From Anaeramoeba ignava BMAN (lineage: Eukaryota; Protista; Anaeramoebae), in contig JAPDFW010000078.1 of assembly GCA_028826165.1 (NCBI GenBank), forward strand, positions 124,001 to 188,000: DNA of 64,000 nucleotides, read 5' to 3'. Under the pieces are notes generated by a model. It was not told the origin of the DNA and ran no database searches. It was given only the letters and a program-made list of their open reading frames with translations. The position numbers were made by a program, and so were the translations under genes. Of this stretch, positions 13,801 to 24,425 are shown piece by piece. The stretch's first letter is position 1. Every line of letters begins with the position of its first letter.

Positions 13801-14564
13801 GTCATGAGGCATTTTTAATCTCCAAAGAAATGTATTCAAATTTTCACGAAAACTTCAAACCGATTGATTTTCATCTCCAAACATTCCAAGAAAAATGTGT
13901 GGAAGCAAAAGGAATTCTGACTTTTTGTTCTTGTATCACAAATCATTTGAAGCTCTGGGAAAACGCATTCACTGTTGAAAGAAGTTTGGGATATTTAGAA
14001 CAGATCCTACTTGTACTAGTCAAATCAAATTGGACAATCAAAGAATCTGTGAAAATTTATTATCTTCTTGATCTTTGGGTTAGAGGATTCAATAAAGTTT
14101 ATTTTTCACTTAAAAAGGAGGAAAACTTACAAGAATTAATGGGAGAAAATGTCAAAAGTTTTATCGAGAAATTATCAATATTAACAAAAAAAGAAAAAAA
14201 TCATAATCAAAACAATTCAGATGAAAACCAACAACAAATCAATCAGTTGATTATTTCACTCAAATTGTTAAAACTTATTTTTGAATTGGTATTCTCGCCA
14301 ATTACAAAGAAAAAGAAAACAAAAGAAAAAATCCAAAAAGATTTCTCAAAAATTCTCAATTCAAAAGAAAATGAAATTTATAAAAGGAAAATTGAAAAAT
14401 TTCGAAAATTTTTTCATCAAAATGTCCAACAAGAAACCCCTCCTTCTGTCATAATAAAAATGACAAGATTTCTTCTAAGTGAATTTTTATTTGCTGATGA
14501 TTATTATTCACTTTCCATTTTTGATAATTTTAGAGATGCAAGTGAATGGAAATTAAGGAAATGA
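7896..14564 (+). CDS. EPG5: EPG5 (ectopic P-granules autophagy protein 5) homologue, about 2220 aa, single long exon
   Basis: Uninterrupted 6.7-kb ORF. Recognisable EPG5 blocks: NLWRIENQ..QKKTC, QKWIRILV...LFVFFHLLTTPGSSKWAY, ENDFLLYFQKL and LYEEFPIHKWRL..ADVRQITVWL. An upstream exon cannot be excluded (ttttag lies just before the ATG). Confidence 0.8.
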   Translation: MNFTLSPNSNHFIQKYIPDYKSLLTPKRDQLFSLISTFYSSNITYLKSLSNFKSLKKQIEEQESNLWRIENQTKIQKKTCHSNEIITTMGFVIATFDDELVEKLKSNYSQLSSNLMSEIPDLFSKLRISEAKVSLFFQKFLNSKSLKTLKEKEKLKSKAIQKTKIYLNTLFFYERIAKENADLGLNKFSNSIQKWIRILVNRLFELETKNNSLFVFFHLLTTPGSSKWAYDLVNFDIDFNNPSIEYFEDLLGFVLFPVVKLKNEPNKNYIKENDFLLYFQKLLIQKLFLFLFAFPGELGFDSVWKISDELAKILSSAIKEYDDYINMQKKITKTLSEIICLVEEYSQKTRTKEAKEKFPKLIDKIFLDCIKTVSNCNNKIIFGNLLDLPFYSISTSSAFQILKLVVTGNEEDSPMFSQQWIKVFQKGNDIFSNFCHMLNTSNDSKNVLLFLANLAIFQNSEDFVLCIADTIFKVGCTDTECNEKMFEHAKIALGKICVKFPHFISFIFSLTSQSIVDLESQVVELYEEFPIHKWRLLDADVRQITVWLNFPPNTILFQFACWLVNEITWGYSEKISQFEVLNQIEVQMKIVEFILNLYYKSPGNIDVRDWCWRSLFKMHPYSDLGERKMELLSFPDDSRLNLTQYLDQDKKLPNEPIIAFVALVFCDVKDDSEMKKLFQILINENKLYSASLVLRIKIPQILSSILKTKKLNWNYEERIAKTDELIKPFLRLDSFNISEEDVEKKSKNSNLLGSIIDSLITVRKETKEHNFVSIEEMIRFWFSYFTSIPKWNKDKMIVSHLNELFKVSIISGQHAFISYLVDWKYLELMKKKMWLKNPNEKKKGIFRKKAKRITLAKMKKNIPKKERFETMNKNSWFYFEVLLVELLFQMKTIIKLGYKIVKFKGVPLKKILKKNKIETNFEIINSWIEFAQEINTNNLIFPLVMQVLFSFYFLIWFKKEITIEMVDDSLWFGKYLFEFTNKSVTEVQKMIVDILKKKIKEIETQKNSNLKNGDTEDPQIYQTMIKWIIAPSLAELKQKSIQNQNLLFLSLFESNILNPSKNNYKVNIPNAENFAQLHQSLWFQNVSIEKVRKRIEINKKLTEDLAGYLYIFINKSMQPEKEFVNVDLKPTKYNNISNRNRSQKIQKNAKNLDSSPLFSLYQIYKLNGKNFSQIESNFKQKYPLLKKRANDLRSLHDEFDSCNKDYLTACQNLYSNIPVIEIIEKVCEYQKEIVEPNSKNNATTTVKMSHILKFTFTYSKVEKNSFAENFLQTNRKQISSFLDPEKISNDTFTQQDLLVIIYGLDFAEQCSALAKRQKKRTLKNPVKNIDSIATNWFFEILTKSFTDPKCLSYPAIQVFIKDFCLVLGFRFIKNEVKFIDQIFNALTKNTQQTFALSKLFNPQIVPTRMLEFYSKILDFYVENKEETSFHVLSCFRFNEWLKTNPDPKEIEKAEKMFLSHSNKSTYDSFPKLAVFNSQALSFILVHDFESRFLPLLDQFLELFAQNQTICELWDIFAQLPFSDLKLDALENTVSLISEKMQNLLREINPKKEFYESIDQKVFFAFLRFLDSLTNSFCKNQQITNLKQEAHQKASSLAFKLYLPLLGFSLDSVKNTYLYQESFKIVDESFFSFCRGISLLETHLPGTLLCFLGFFSNTLSKTSNQDLINKFTLHFGCGLFWEKFHPTLQTMIQILQFSETNFGDLFGMIFAKIQWDIVEKEIVDPQKNDSLNFYELLFEMAVNFIRGFKRFADENYSQALLKCISNISSLIHWENLPSKIYKPTLELLQFQNKIMEWDYSIQLKESFDYQPNQFPKQISNFEEKNLALITFLEKIALFNSEKNLENVVPFLEFAKYLLKLSSEMIPKEKIPKEIVSSSINELTTPLSENNFISLIKELIRISLVNDQEARSNLSYLFELYSVENSKFREVLLKAFANHLLEHPTDSSLILSQGCKKIEDMNQFIPFSESCHEAFLISKEMYSNFHENFKPIDFHLQTFQEKCVEAKGILTFCSCITNHLKLWENAFTVERSLGYLEQILLVLVKSNWTIKESVKIYYLLDLWVRGFNKVYFSLKKEENLQELMGENVKSFIEKLSILTKKEKNHNQNNSDENQQQINQLIISLKLLKLIFELVFSPITKKKKTKEKIQKDFSKILNSKENEIYKRKIEKFRKFFHQNVQQETPPSVIIKMTRFLLSEFLFADDYYSLSIFDNFRDASEWKLRK

Positions 14565-14629
14565 AATTTTTTTTTCTCAATTTATCTTTTTTTCATTTTT
14601 TTTTATTCAGTTTTTAAAAAAATAAATAA

Positions 14630-17070
14630 ATGCAAAAAAAAGAAAAGTCTCCAAAACCAAAAGCATTGAATGATATTTTGTCTTGTGGAAAAAATGTATT
14701 ACAGCATCCAAATTCACGAGATTTTCAATTAAAATTAACTCGTTTAAAAATTATTGAAAAAAAATCACAAATACAAAAAATTCAAACCAATAATTTTTCA
14801 ACAATTTTCCTTTTTCAAAATCACAAAGCAATTGAATATTCAAAACAAAATCTTGAAAAAATACAAATTGAAAAAATTCAAATTGAAAATATTCAAAAAG
14901 TAACTGTTGGTTTTGAAAATGTAGCTATTTTAACAAAAGAAGGAAATGTATTTGCTAAAGGAAAAGATATTAATCCAAGAAAACCAAAAGAATTTATCAA
15001 TATTTCATCATTAATTGAATATACAAATAACAAATTAATTGAAGATACAAATGATAAAATAATTGAATATACAAATGATAAAATAATTAAAGATACAAAT
15101 GATAAAATAATTGAAGATACAAATGATAAATTAATTAAAGATACAAATGATAAAATAATTGAAGATATAAATGATAAAATAATTAAAGATACAAATGATA
15201 AAATAATTGAATATACAAATGATAAATTAATTAAATATACAAATGATAAAATAATTGAAGATATAAATGATAAAATAATTAAATATACAAATGATAAAAT
15301 AATTAAATATACAAATGATAAAATAATTAAATATACAAATGATAAAATAATTAAATATACAAATGATAAAATAATTGAAGATACAAATGATAAAATAATT
15401 GAAGATACAAATGATAAAATAATTAAAGATACAAATGATAAAATAATTAAAGATACAAATGATAAAATAATTGAAGATACAAATGATAAATTAATTAAAG
15501 ATACAAATGATAAAATAATTGAAGATACAAATGATAAAATAATTAAAGATACAAATGATAAAATAATTAAAGATACAAATGATAAAATAATTGAAGATAC
15601 AAATGATAAAATAATTAAAGATACAAATGATAAAATAATTAAAGATACAAATGATAAATTAATTGAAGATACAAATAACAGAATAATTGAAGATACAAAT
15701 GATAGAATAATTGAAGATATTGTTTCTGGTGCTTATTCAATTTATTTATTAACTCCAAATCATAATGCTTATGGGATTGGTTTAAATGATTTTGGTCAAC
15801 TTGGTTTTGATTCATATACACTCCCAAAAACAGAAAAACCAATTTTAATGATGAAAAATGTTTCTAAAATATTTTCAGGAAATTTTTCACTTCATGTTTT
15901 TCTTTTAAATTCAAATCAAGAATTATTTGTATGCGGAAATAATAAATATGGTCAAGCTGGATGTGGTTTTGAAGTAGAAAAAATTACTGATTTTCTCAAG
16001 ATTAAAAACATTCCAAAAGGCAAAATAATTGATATTCAATGTGGATTTGCTCATTCAATGATGTTGATTGAAAATGAAGATGAATATCCAAAAAGAAAAC
16101 TTTATTCATGTGGAGTTTATCCTGCTCATGGAATTGATTTATTTCCTCATTTACTATTTGAATTTACTGAAATCAAATCACCTTTATTTAAAAATGATAA
16201 TATTCTTGAAATTTCTTGTGGATATAGCCATACATTAATTTTAACATCCAAAAAAAATGTTATTAGTTTTGGAAATAATAACTCGGGACAAATTGGAACA
16301 GGTAACATTGGAACAGTATTTATCCCAACGAAAATTGAACTTCCTGATTTAATATTTAATGATGAATTTTCAAGCTATCATTGTTCTTGTGGTACTAACA
16401 ATTCATTGATCTATTCTACTTTTGTTTCTAATCTTGAAGAAGATTTGATAAAATTATTTAGAAGAAAAGAATTTTGTGATATTTCATTTAAAACAAGAAA
16501 TGGAGAAATAATTGAAGCTCATAAATTAATATTGAAATATAGATTAAATCAAAATGAAATTGAAAAACTTAAAGAAATTATTTCAAATAAATCAATTAAA
16601 GAATCAAATCAAATATTTGAAATGATTTATTCAAGCAGAATAATAAATCCAAAATTATATTCTGAAATTAAAGAAATTATAAATTTAAATGAAAAAATTG
16701 AAGAAACAATGAAAAGAATTTATTTAAATGAAAATGAAAAAGATTTTATAATTGAAAGAAAAGAAAAAGAATATAAATTTCCTAAATTAATATTAATAAT
16801 GAGAAGTGATTTATATCGAGGAATGTTTTTATCTGTAACTGAAGATAAATCAAATAAAGTTACAGATTATAGTGAATTAAGTAATAAATCATTTCAAATA
16901 TTTGAATATTGGATTTATTCAAATCAAATTAAAGATGAAATTCAAATTACACAAGAAATGATTGAAGAAATTAAAATTGGAATTGATTATTTTCAATTAA
17001 ATGAAACATAATCCAAATTTATTTGATTTATTAATTAAAAAATTTAATAATCAAAATCAAAATCAAAATT
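14630..17070 (+). CDS. RCC1-repeat + BTB protein (paralogue 1) with internal 8-aa repeat expansion
   Basis: RCC1 blades (GLNDFGQLG, CGNNKYGQAG, SCGYSHTLIL, FGNNNSGQIG) followed by two BTB-like domains (FCDISF...IEAHKLIL; KDFII..FPKLILIMRS). The ORF stop at 17011 arises from a 1-nt insertion relative to paralogues. Confidence 0.85.
15013..15720 (+). repeat. Coding minisatellite, about 29 x 24 nt (I[E/K][D/Y]TNDK[I/L])
   Basis: att(g/a)aa(g/t)atacaaatgataaa(a/t)ta repeated in frame; paralogues have one copy (IEDTNDRIIEDIVSG). Confidence 0.95.
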
Positions 17071-17421
17071 AAAATCAAAATTACAATTAAAATCAAAATC
17101 AAAATTAAAATTAAAATCAAAATCAAAATTAAAATTAAAATTAAAATTAAAATTCAAAATTAAAATCTAAATTAAAATCTAAATTAAAATCAAAATTAAA
17201 ATTAAAATCAAAATTAAAATTAATATTAAAATTTAAAATTTAAAATCAAAATTAAAATTAAAATTAAAATCAAAATTAAAATTAAAATTAAAATTAAAAT
17301 TTAAAATTTAAAATTAAAATTAAAATTAAAATTAAAATCAAAATTAAAATTAAAATTAAAATTTAAAATTAAAATTCAAATTAAAATCAAAATCATTTTT
17401 TCATTTTTTTACTTTTCAAAA

Positions 17422-19163
17422 ATGAATGATTGTTTATTTTTTGGTGATAATAGAAATCCTTATTTGATTCTGAATGAACCAGAAAAAATAATAAAACCAA
17501 TTCAATTTAAATTTGAAAATGAAAATGAAAATGAAAATCAAATTAAACAAATTTCAACAGGAGCTTTTGGAATAATTTTCCTTTTTAAAAATGGAAAAGC
17601 AATAGAATATTTTCAACAAAAACCACAAAAAAATGAAATCAAAAAACCTGAACAAATTCCAATTAAAAAAATTAAGAAGATACAATTAAATGGCTCATTT
17701 GCAACAATTTTAACAAAAGAAGGAAATGCATTCATAAGAAAAACATTACTTAATCCAAAAAATCCAAATGAATTTATCAATATTTCATCACAAATCAAGA
17801 AAAAAAAAGATAGAATAATTGAAAATATTGTTTGTGCAAGAAGTTCAGTTTATTTATTAACTTCAAATCATAATGCTTATGGGATTGGTTCAAATGATTT
17901 TGGTCAACTTGGTTTTGATTCTAAAAAACTTAAAAAAACAGAAAAACCAATTTTAATGATGAAAAATGTTTCTAAAATATTTTCAGGAAATTTTTCATAT
18001 TGTGTTTTTCTTTTAAATTCAAATCAAGAATTATTTGTATGCGGTTATAATGGATATGGCCAATTCGGATTAGGAAAATCAATAATACAAAGACAAGTAG
18101 AAAAATTAACCAAAATCCAAAAATATTCCAAAAGGCAAAATAATTGATATTAAATGTGCACATGATCATTCAATAATGTTGATTGAAAATAAAAATCAAA
18201 ATCGAAAATCCAAAAAGAAAACTTTATTCATGTGGAAATTATCAATATAATGGACTTGGCAAATATGATAAAAATACTTATGAATTTACTGAAATCAAAT
18301 CATCTTTATTTGAAAATGATGATATTCTTGAAATTTCTGTTGGAATCTATCATACTTTGATTTTAACATCCAAAGGAAAATTGATTGTATTTGGGTATAA
18401 TTATTATTGTCAATTAGGAACTGGAGATACAAATGATCAATTAATTCCAATTCAAATCAAATTTCCTAAATTAAGATTTAATGAAGATATTTCTAATTAT
18501 CATATTTCTTGTGGAGGATTTAGTTCATTTATTTATTATTCTTCTCCTTCTTTTTCCAATCTTGAAGAAGATTTGATAAAATTATTTGAAAGAAAAGAAT
18601 TTTGTGATATTTCATTTAAAACCAAAAATGGAGAAATAATTGAAGCTCATAAATTAATATTGAAATATAGATTAAATCAAAATGAAAATGAAATTGAAAA
18701 ACTTAAAGAAATTATTTCAAAAAAATCAATTAAAGAATCAAATCAAATATTTGAAATGATTTATTCAAACAGAATAATAAATCCAAAATTATATTCTGAA
18801 ATTAAAGAAATTATAAATTCAAATGAAAAAATTGAAGAAACAATGAAAAGAATTTATTTAAATGAAAATGAAAAAGATTTTATAATTGAAAGAAAAGAAA
18901 AACAATATAAATTTCCAAAATTAATATTAATAATGAGAAGTGAATTATATCGAGGAATGTTTTTATCTGTAACAAATGATAAATCTAATAAAGTTACAGA
19001 TTATAGTGAATTAAGTAATAAATCATTTCAAATATTTGAATATTGGATTTATTCAAATCAAATTAAAGATAAAATTCAAATTACACAACAAATTATTAAT
19101 GAAATTAAAATTGGAATTGATTATTTTCAATTAAATCAAACAAATCCAAATTTATTTATTTAA
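17422..19163 (+). CDS. RCC1-repeat + BTB protein (paralogue 2), frameshifted near 18120
   Basis: ORFs 17422-18147 and 18183-19163 are the two halves of one gene nearly identical to 19429-21200. The break lies in A/C homopolymers (aaaatccaaaaatatt vs aaaatcaaaaatatt). Confidence 0.8.
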
Positions 19164-19428
19164 ATTTTAATTAAAATTAAAATTAAAATCAAAATCAAAA
19201 TCAAAATTAAAATTAAAATTAAAATTAAAATTAAAATTAAAATTAAAATTAAAATTAAAATTAAAATTAAAATTAAAATTAAAATCAAAATTAAAATTAA
19301 AATTAAAATTAAAATTAAAATTAAAATTAAAATTAAAATTAAAATTAAAATTAAAATTAAAATTAAAATTAAAATTAAAATTAAAATTAAAATCAAAATC
19401 ATTTTTTTCATTTTTTTACTTTTCAAAA

Positions 19429-21200
19429 ATGAATGATTGTTTATTTTTTGGTGACAATAGAAATCCTTATTTGATTCTGAATGAACCAGAAAAAATAATA
19501 AAACCAATTCAATTTAAATTTGAAAATGAAAATGAAAATGAAAATCAAATTAAACAAATTTCAACAAGCTTTCTTTCAACAGTTTTCCTTTTTAAAAATG
19601 GAAAAGCAATAGAATATTTTCAACAAAAACCACAAAAAAATGAAATCAAAAAACCTGAACAAATTCCAATTAAAAAAATTAAGAAGATACAATTAAATGG
19701 CTCATTTGCAACAATTTTAACAAAAGAAGGAAATGCATTCATAAGAAAAACATTACTTAATCCAAAAAATCCAAATGAATTTATCAATATTTCATCGCAA
19801 ATCAAGAAAAAAAAAGATAGAATAATTGAAAATATTGTTTGTGCAAAAAATTCAGTTTATTTATTAACTTCAAATCATAATGTTTATGGAATTGGTTCAA
19901 ATGATTTTGGTCAACTTGGTTTTGATTCTAAAAAACTTAAAAAAACAGAAAAACCAATTTTAATGATGAAAAATGTTTCTAAAATATTTTCAGGAAATTT
20001 TTCATATTGTGTTTTTCTTTTAAATTCAAATCAAGAATTATTTGTATGCGGTTATAATGGATATGGCCAATTCGGATTAGGAAAATCAATAATACAAAGA
20101 CAAGTAGAAAAATTAACCAAAATCAAAAATATTCCAAAAGGCAAAATAATTGATATTAAATGTGCACATGATCATTCAATAATGTTGATTGAAAATCAAA
20201 ATCAAAATCAAAACCCAAAAAGAAAACTTTATTCATGTGGATGGTCTCAATATAATGGACTTGGCAAAAATAAAGATACTTATGAATTTACTGAAATCAA
20301 ATCATCTTTATTTGGAAATGATGATATTCTTGAAATTTCTGTTGGAATCTATCATACTTTGATTTTAACATCCAAAGGAAAATTGATTGTATTTGGTGGT
20401 AACTTATATGGTCAATTAGGAATTGAAGGTATATATTATCAATTAATTCCAATTCAAATTGAATTTCCTGAATTAAGATTTAATGAAGATATTTCTAATT
20501 ATCATATTTCTTGTGGAGGATTTAGTTCATTTATTTATTATTCTCCTCCTTCTTTTTCCAATCTTGAAGAAGATTTGATAAAATTATTTAGAAGAAAAGA
20601 ATTTTGTGATATTTCATTTAAAACCAAAAATGGAGAAATAATCAAAGCTCATAAATTAATATTGAAATATAGATTAAATCAAAATCAAAATCAAAATCAA
20701 ATTGAAAAACTTAAAGAAATTATTTCAAAAAAATCAATTAAAGAATCAAATCAAATATTTGAAATGATTTATTCAAACAGAATAATAAATCCAAAATTAT
20801 ATTCTGAAATTAAAGAAATTATAAATTTAAATGAAAAAATAGAAGAAACAATGAAAAGAATTTATTTAAATGAAAATGAAAAAGATTTTATAATTGAAAG
20901 AAAAGAAAAACAATATAAATTTCCTAAATTAATATTAATAATGAGAAGTGAATTATATCGAGGAATGTTTTTATCTGTAACAAATGATACTTCAAATAAA
21001 GTTACAGATTATAGTGAATTAAGTAATAAATCATTTCAAATATTTGAATATTGGATTTATTCAAATCAAATTAAAAATGAAATTCAAATTACACAACAAA
21101 TTATTAATGAAATTAAAATTGGAATTGATTATTTTCAATTAAATCAAACAAATCCAAATTTATTTGATTTATTAATTAAAAATTTAATAATCAAAATTAA
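19429..21200 (+). CDS. RCC1-repeat + BTB protein (paralogue 3)
   Basis: Intact RCC1 blades plus BTB. The ORF runs on to 21351 as KIKIKI, probably because of a missing A at about 21180; paralogues end ...LIKKFNNQN*. Confidence 0.88.
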
Positions 21201-21417
21201 AATTAAAATTAAAATTAAAATTAAAATTAAAATTAAAATTAAAATTAAAATCAAATTAAAATTAAAATTAAAATTAAAATTAAAATTAAAATTTAAAATT
21301 AAAATTAAAATTAAAATTAAAACATTTTTATTTGTTTTAAATTTTAATTAAAATTAAATTAAAATTAAAATTAAAATTTAAAATTACATTTGGAAAATTT
21401 TGTTTTTAATTTTTAAT

Positions 21418-24365
21418 TAATTTAAACGTCCAAGAACTTTTTTTATTCGCTATTTTGAATTTTGAATTATTTGGAAAATTTTGAAGAGAGGATTGCAAAA
21501 TGGAAATACCATTTAAACGTTTAATTTCTTTTTTATTCGCTATTTTAAATTTTGAATTTTGAATTTTGAATTTTGAATTTTAAATTTTGAATTTTGAATT
21601 TTAAATTTACACTTATTTGATGAAAGATTAAATAAAGCTCCACATCCTTTTTCTTGGATATCTTGATTTTTTGGAAAATTAATCATTGTTTTTATAATAA
21701 TTTCAATTCCCATCTTTTCTCTAATTTCATTTTGATTTTCTTTTTTGATTTATTTTTTAAATTAATTTTTGGATTTTGAATTTTTGGATTTTGAATTTAC
21801 TCTTATTCAATGAAAGATTCAATAAAATTCCACATGCATGTTCTTGAATATCTTGATTATTGGGAAAATTAGTCATTGCTTTTATAATTGTTTCAATTCC
21901 TTTCTTTTCTTTAATTTCATTTTGATTTTCTTTTTTTTTTAAATGGATTTTAATTTTAAATTTTGATTTTGATTTTGAATTTGAATTTGAATTACGATCA
22001 TTAACTGAAAGATTCAATAAAGCTCCACATGCTTTTTCTTGAATACCTTTCTTTTTTGGAAAATTAGTCATTGTTTTTATAATTGTTTCAATTCCTTTCT
22101 TTTCTTTAATTTCATTTTGATTTTCTTTTTTTTTTAAATTGATTTTGATTTTAATTTTAAATTGAAATTTAAATTTGAATTTTAAATTACGATCATTAAA
22201 TGAAAGATTCAATAAAGCCCAACATCCTTTTTCTTGAATAACTTTCTTGTCTTTTGAATCATTCATTGCTTTTATAATTGTTTCAATTCCTCCTTGTTTT
22301 CTAATTTCATTTTGATTTTCTTTTTTTTTTTTAATTGATTTTAATTTTAAATTGTATTTTTTTGTTTGTTTTTGTTTTTTTACCAGAATCAATTGCAATA
22401 TTGATTAAATTTGAAATGGATTTTTCTTGAATCAAAATATTATTTGGGAAATTATTGATTGCATTAATTAATAATTGAATCCCATGAAATTTTGCAATTT
22501 GAATTCCTTGAAGTTTTCTTTTTTCAAGTTTATCTCCTGTTTAGAATTTTTTTAAAAAGAAAAAAAAGAAAATGAAATAAAAGAAAAGAAAAAAATCAGT
22601 TACTTTCTAAATCACCTGAAAATGTAAGTAAAACTGAAGATGCTTTTGTTTGAATATCTGAATTATTGCTGAAATTACTCATTGCATTCAATAAAGGTTG
22701 AATTGCTTTTGTGAATTCATTTCCAATATCTGAATCTTTTTGTTTTTATAATGATAAAGAAGAAAGTTACTTCAAATTTTGATTTCCAAAAAAAAAAATT
22801 CAGAACAAAATTTTACTTTGATTTTCCTTTCCAAATTTTTCTAGAATCAAACAAGAATTTTCTTGAATTTCTTGATTTTGTGGAAATTGAAGCATGTATT
22901 TTATTGTGTCTTCAAATGATTCTTTGTAAAATTTTTATGTATTTTTCGTTTTTTTGTTTTTGATTTTGAAAATCAATTAGGATTTTGAATATTTTTTTTT
23001 TTGAATCCAAAAAAATTTTTACTTTGATTTAATTTGGTTTCATTTTGAAAATTTTGCAACTCTTTGATTGCCTTTTTTTCTGGTTGAAGATTTTCAAGCA
23101 TAATTTCCAATTGTTTTATCTGATTTTCTTTTTCTTGGATTTCTTTTTCTTGCTCATTGAGTTTTTTTGATTGAGCTTTAATTTTTTCATCTTGGATTTT
23201 ATTATTATTTTCCAGTTTTTCAATTTGTTTTTGTAAATTTTGATTGTTTTGATTCATTAATTCAAGTTGATGAGTTGAAGGCAAAATGGGATTTTTTTGA
23301 GTTTTTAAATCAAAAGAAATCTTTCGAGAATTTTTGATGTTATCAATAACAAAATAAAAATTATCAACTTCATTTTTCATTTCTTGAATTTGGATTGGAT
23401 CGACATATTTGTCTTTATCTAATAAATTTGGTTTATTTTTTTCGAATTTTGCTTTCCAATCTTTAGCCAATTTCCAAATCATATCTATTCTTTTATCTTT
23501 TGATGTTGATTGGATAATTTCAATGATTTTTTTTAGTTCATTGTCAGTGATCTCTCCAGTTTGATCTTCTTGGATAATTTTATCAATATTTTCTTTCATA
23601 AAATTTTCACAAAAATTGGAAAGATAAGTTGATTCAATTTTGATACTTTTGAAATATATAACAATAGTGTTTGTTGTATTGACTTTTTCTGAAACTTCTT
23701 TTTCAATTTTAATTGTTAAACTTGTTAATTTAAAATATTTTGCGAGTTGGAAATATTTTTCGAATTTTTTTAAATCAAAATTGAATTGTGAATCATAAAA
23801 AAAAGAGATGATTGGTTCAACAATATCAAATTCAAATTTTGCGAGATATAATTCATTGCTATCTGGGTTTTCATGATGTTTTTCATAGAAAAACCTCGAA
23901 GATGCATTAAGGATTAATTGATGACAAAATATCTTTTGATTTGTTTTTCCAGCATAAATTACAAAATCACATTTTTCTTCATTTTGGAACATTTTTTTAT
24001 AATTTGAAAGATGCTCACAAATTAAAAATTTATTAAATTCTTGAGAAGGAAATTGATATAATTTTGAGATTCTGATATTTTTAGATGTTTTGTGAGAATA
24101 AATTTCTTGAAATGAAATTTTTTTTTCCTCTTTTTTCTTTTTTTCTTTTTTTTCTTTTTTTTTGTGATTTTTTTTAACCAATTTAAAACTTTTGTGCATT
24201 TTTTCCTTTTTTTTCTCTTTTTCCTTATTTTCCTCCTTTTTCTTTTTTTCTTTTTTTTCATTTTTTTTTAACCAATTTAAAACTTTTGTGCATTTTTTCC
24301 AGATTAGATTTCCTTTTTTCCTTTTTTTCCAGTTGAGGTTTACTTAGTATAAAGGATCTGTTCAT
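21418..24365 (-). CDS. BTB + coiled-coil + Armadillo-repeat protein (multi-exon, several apparent frameshifts)
   Basis: BTB (KCDFVIYAG...IFCHQLILNASSRFF) and coiled coil in ORF 22973-24199. ARM exons follow (ENQNEIRKQGGIETIIKAM...IQEKGCWALLNLSFND), each bounded by GTAA donors and AAAG acceptors. Exact joins around 22740-22980 and 24200-24365 are unresolved. Confidence 0.6.
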
Positions 24366-24425
24366 CTTTTATTTAAAAAAAAATGAAAGAAAAAAATTAA
24401 AAATTAAAATTAAAATTAAAATTAA

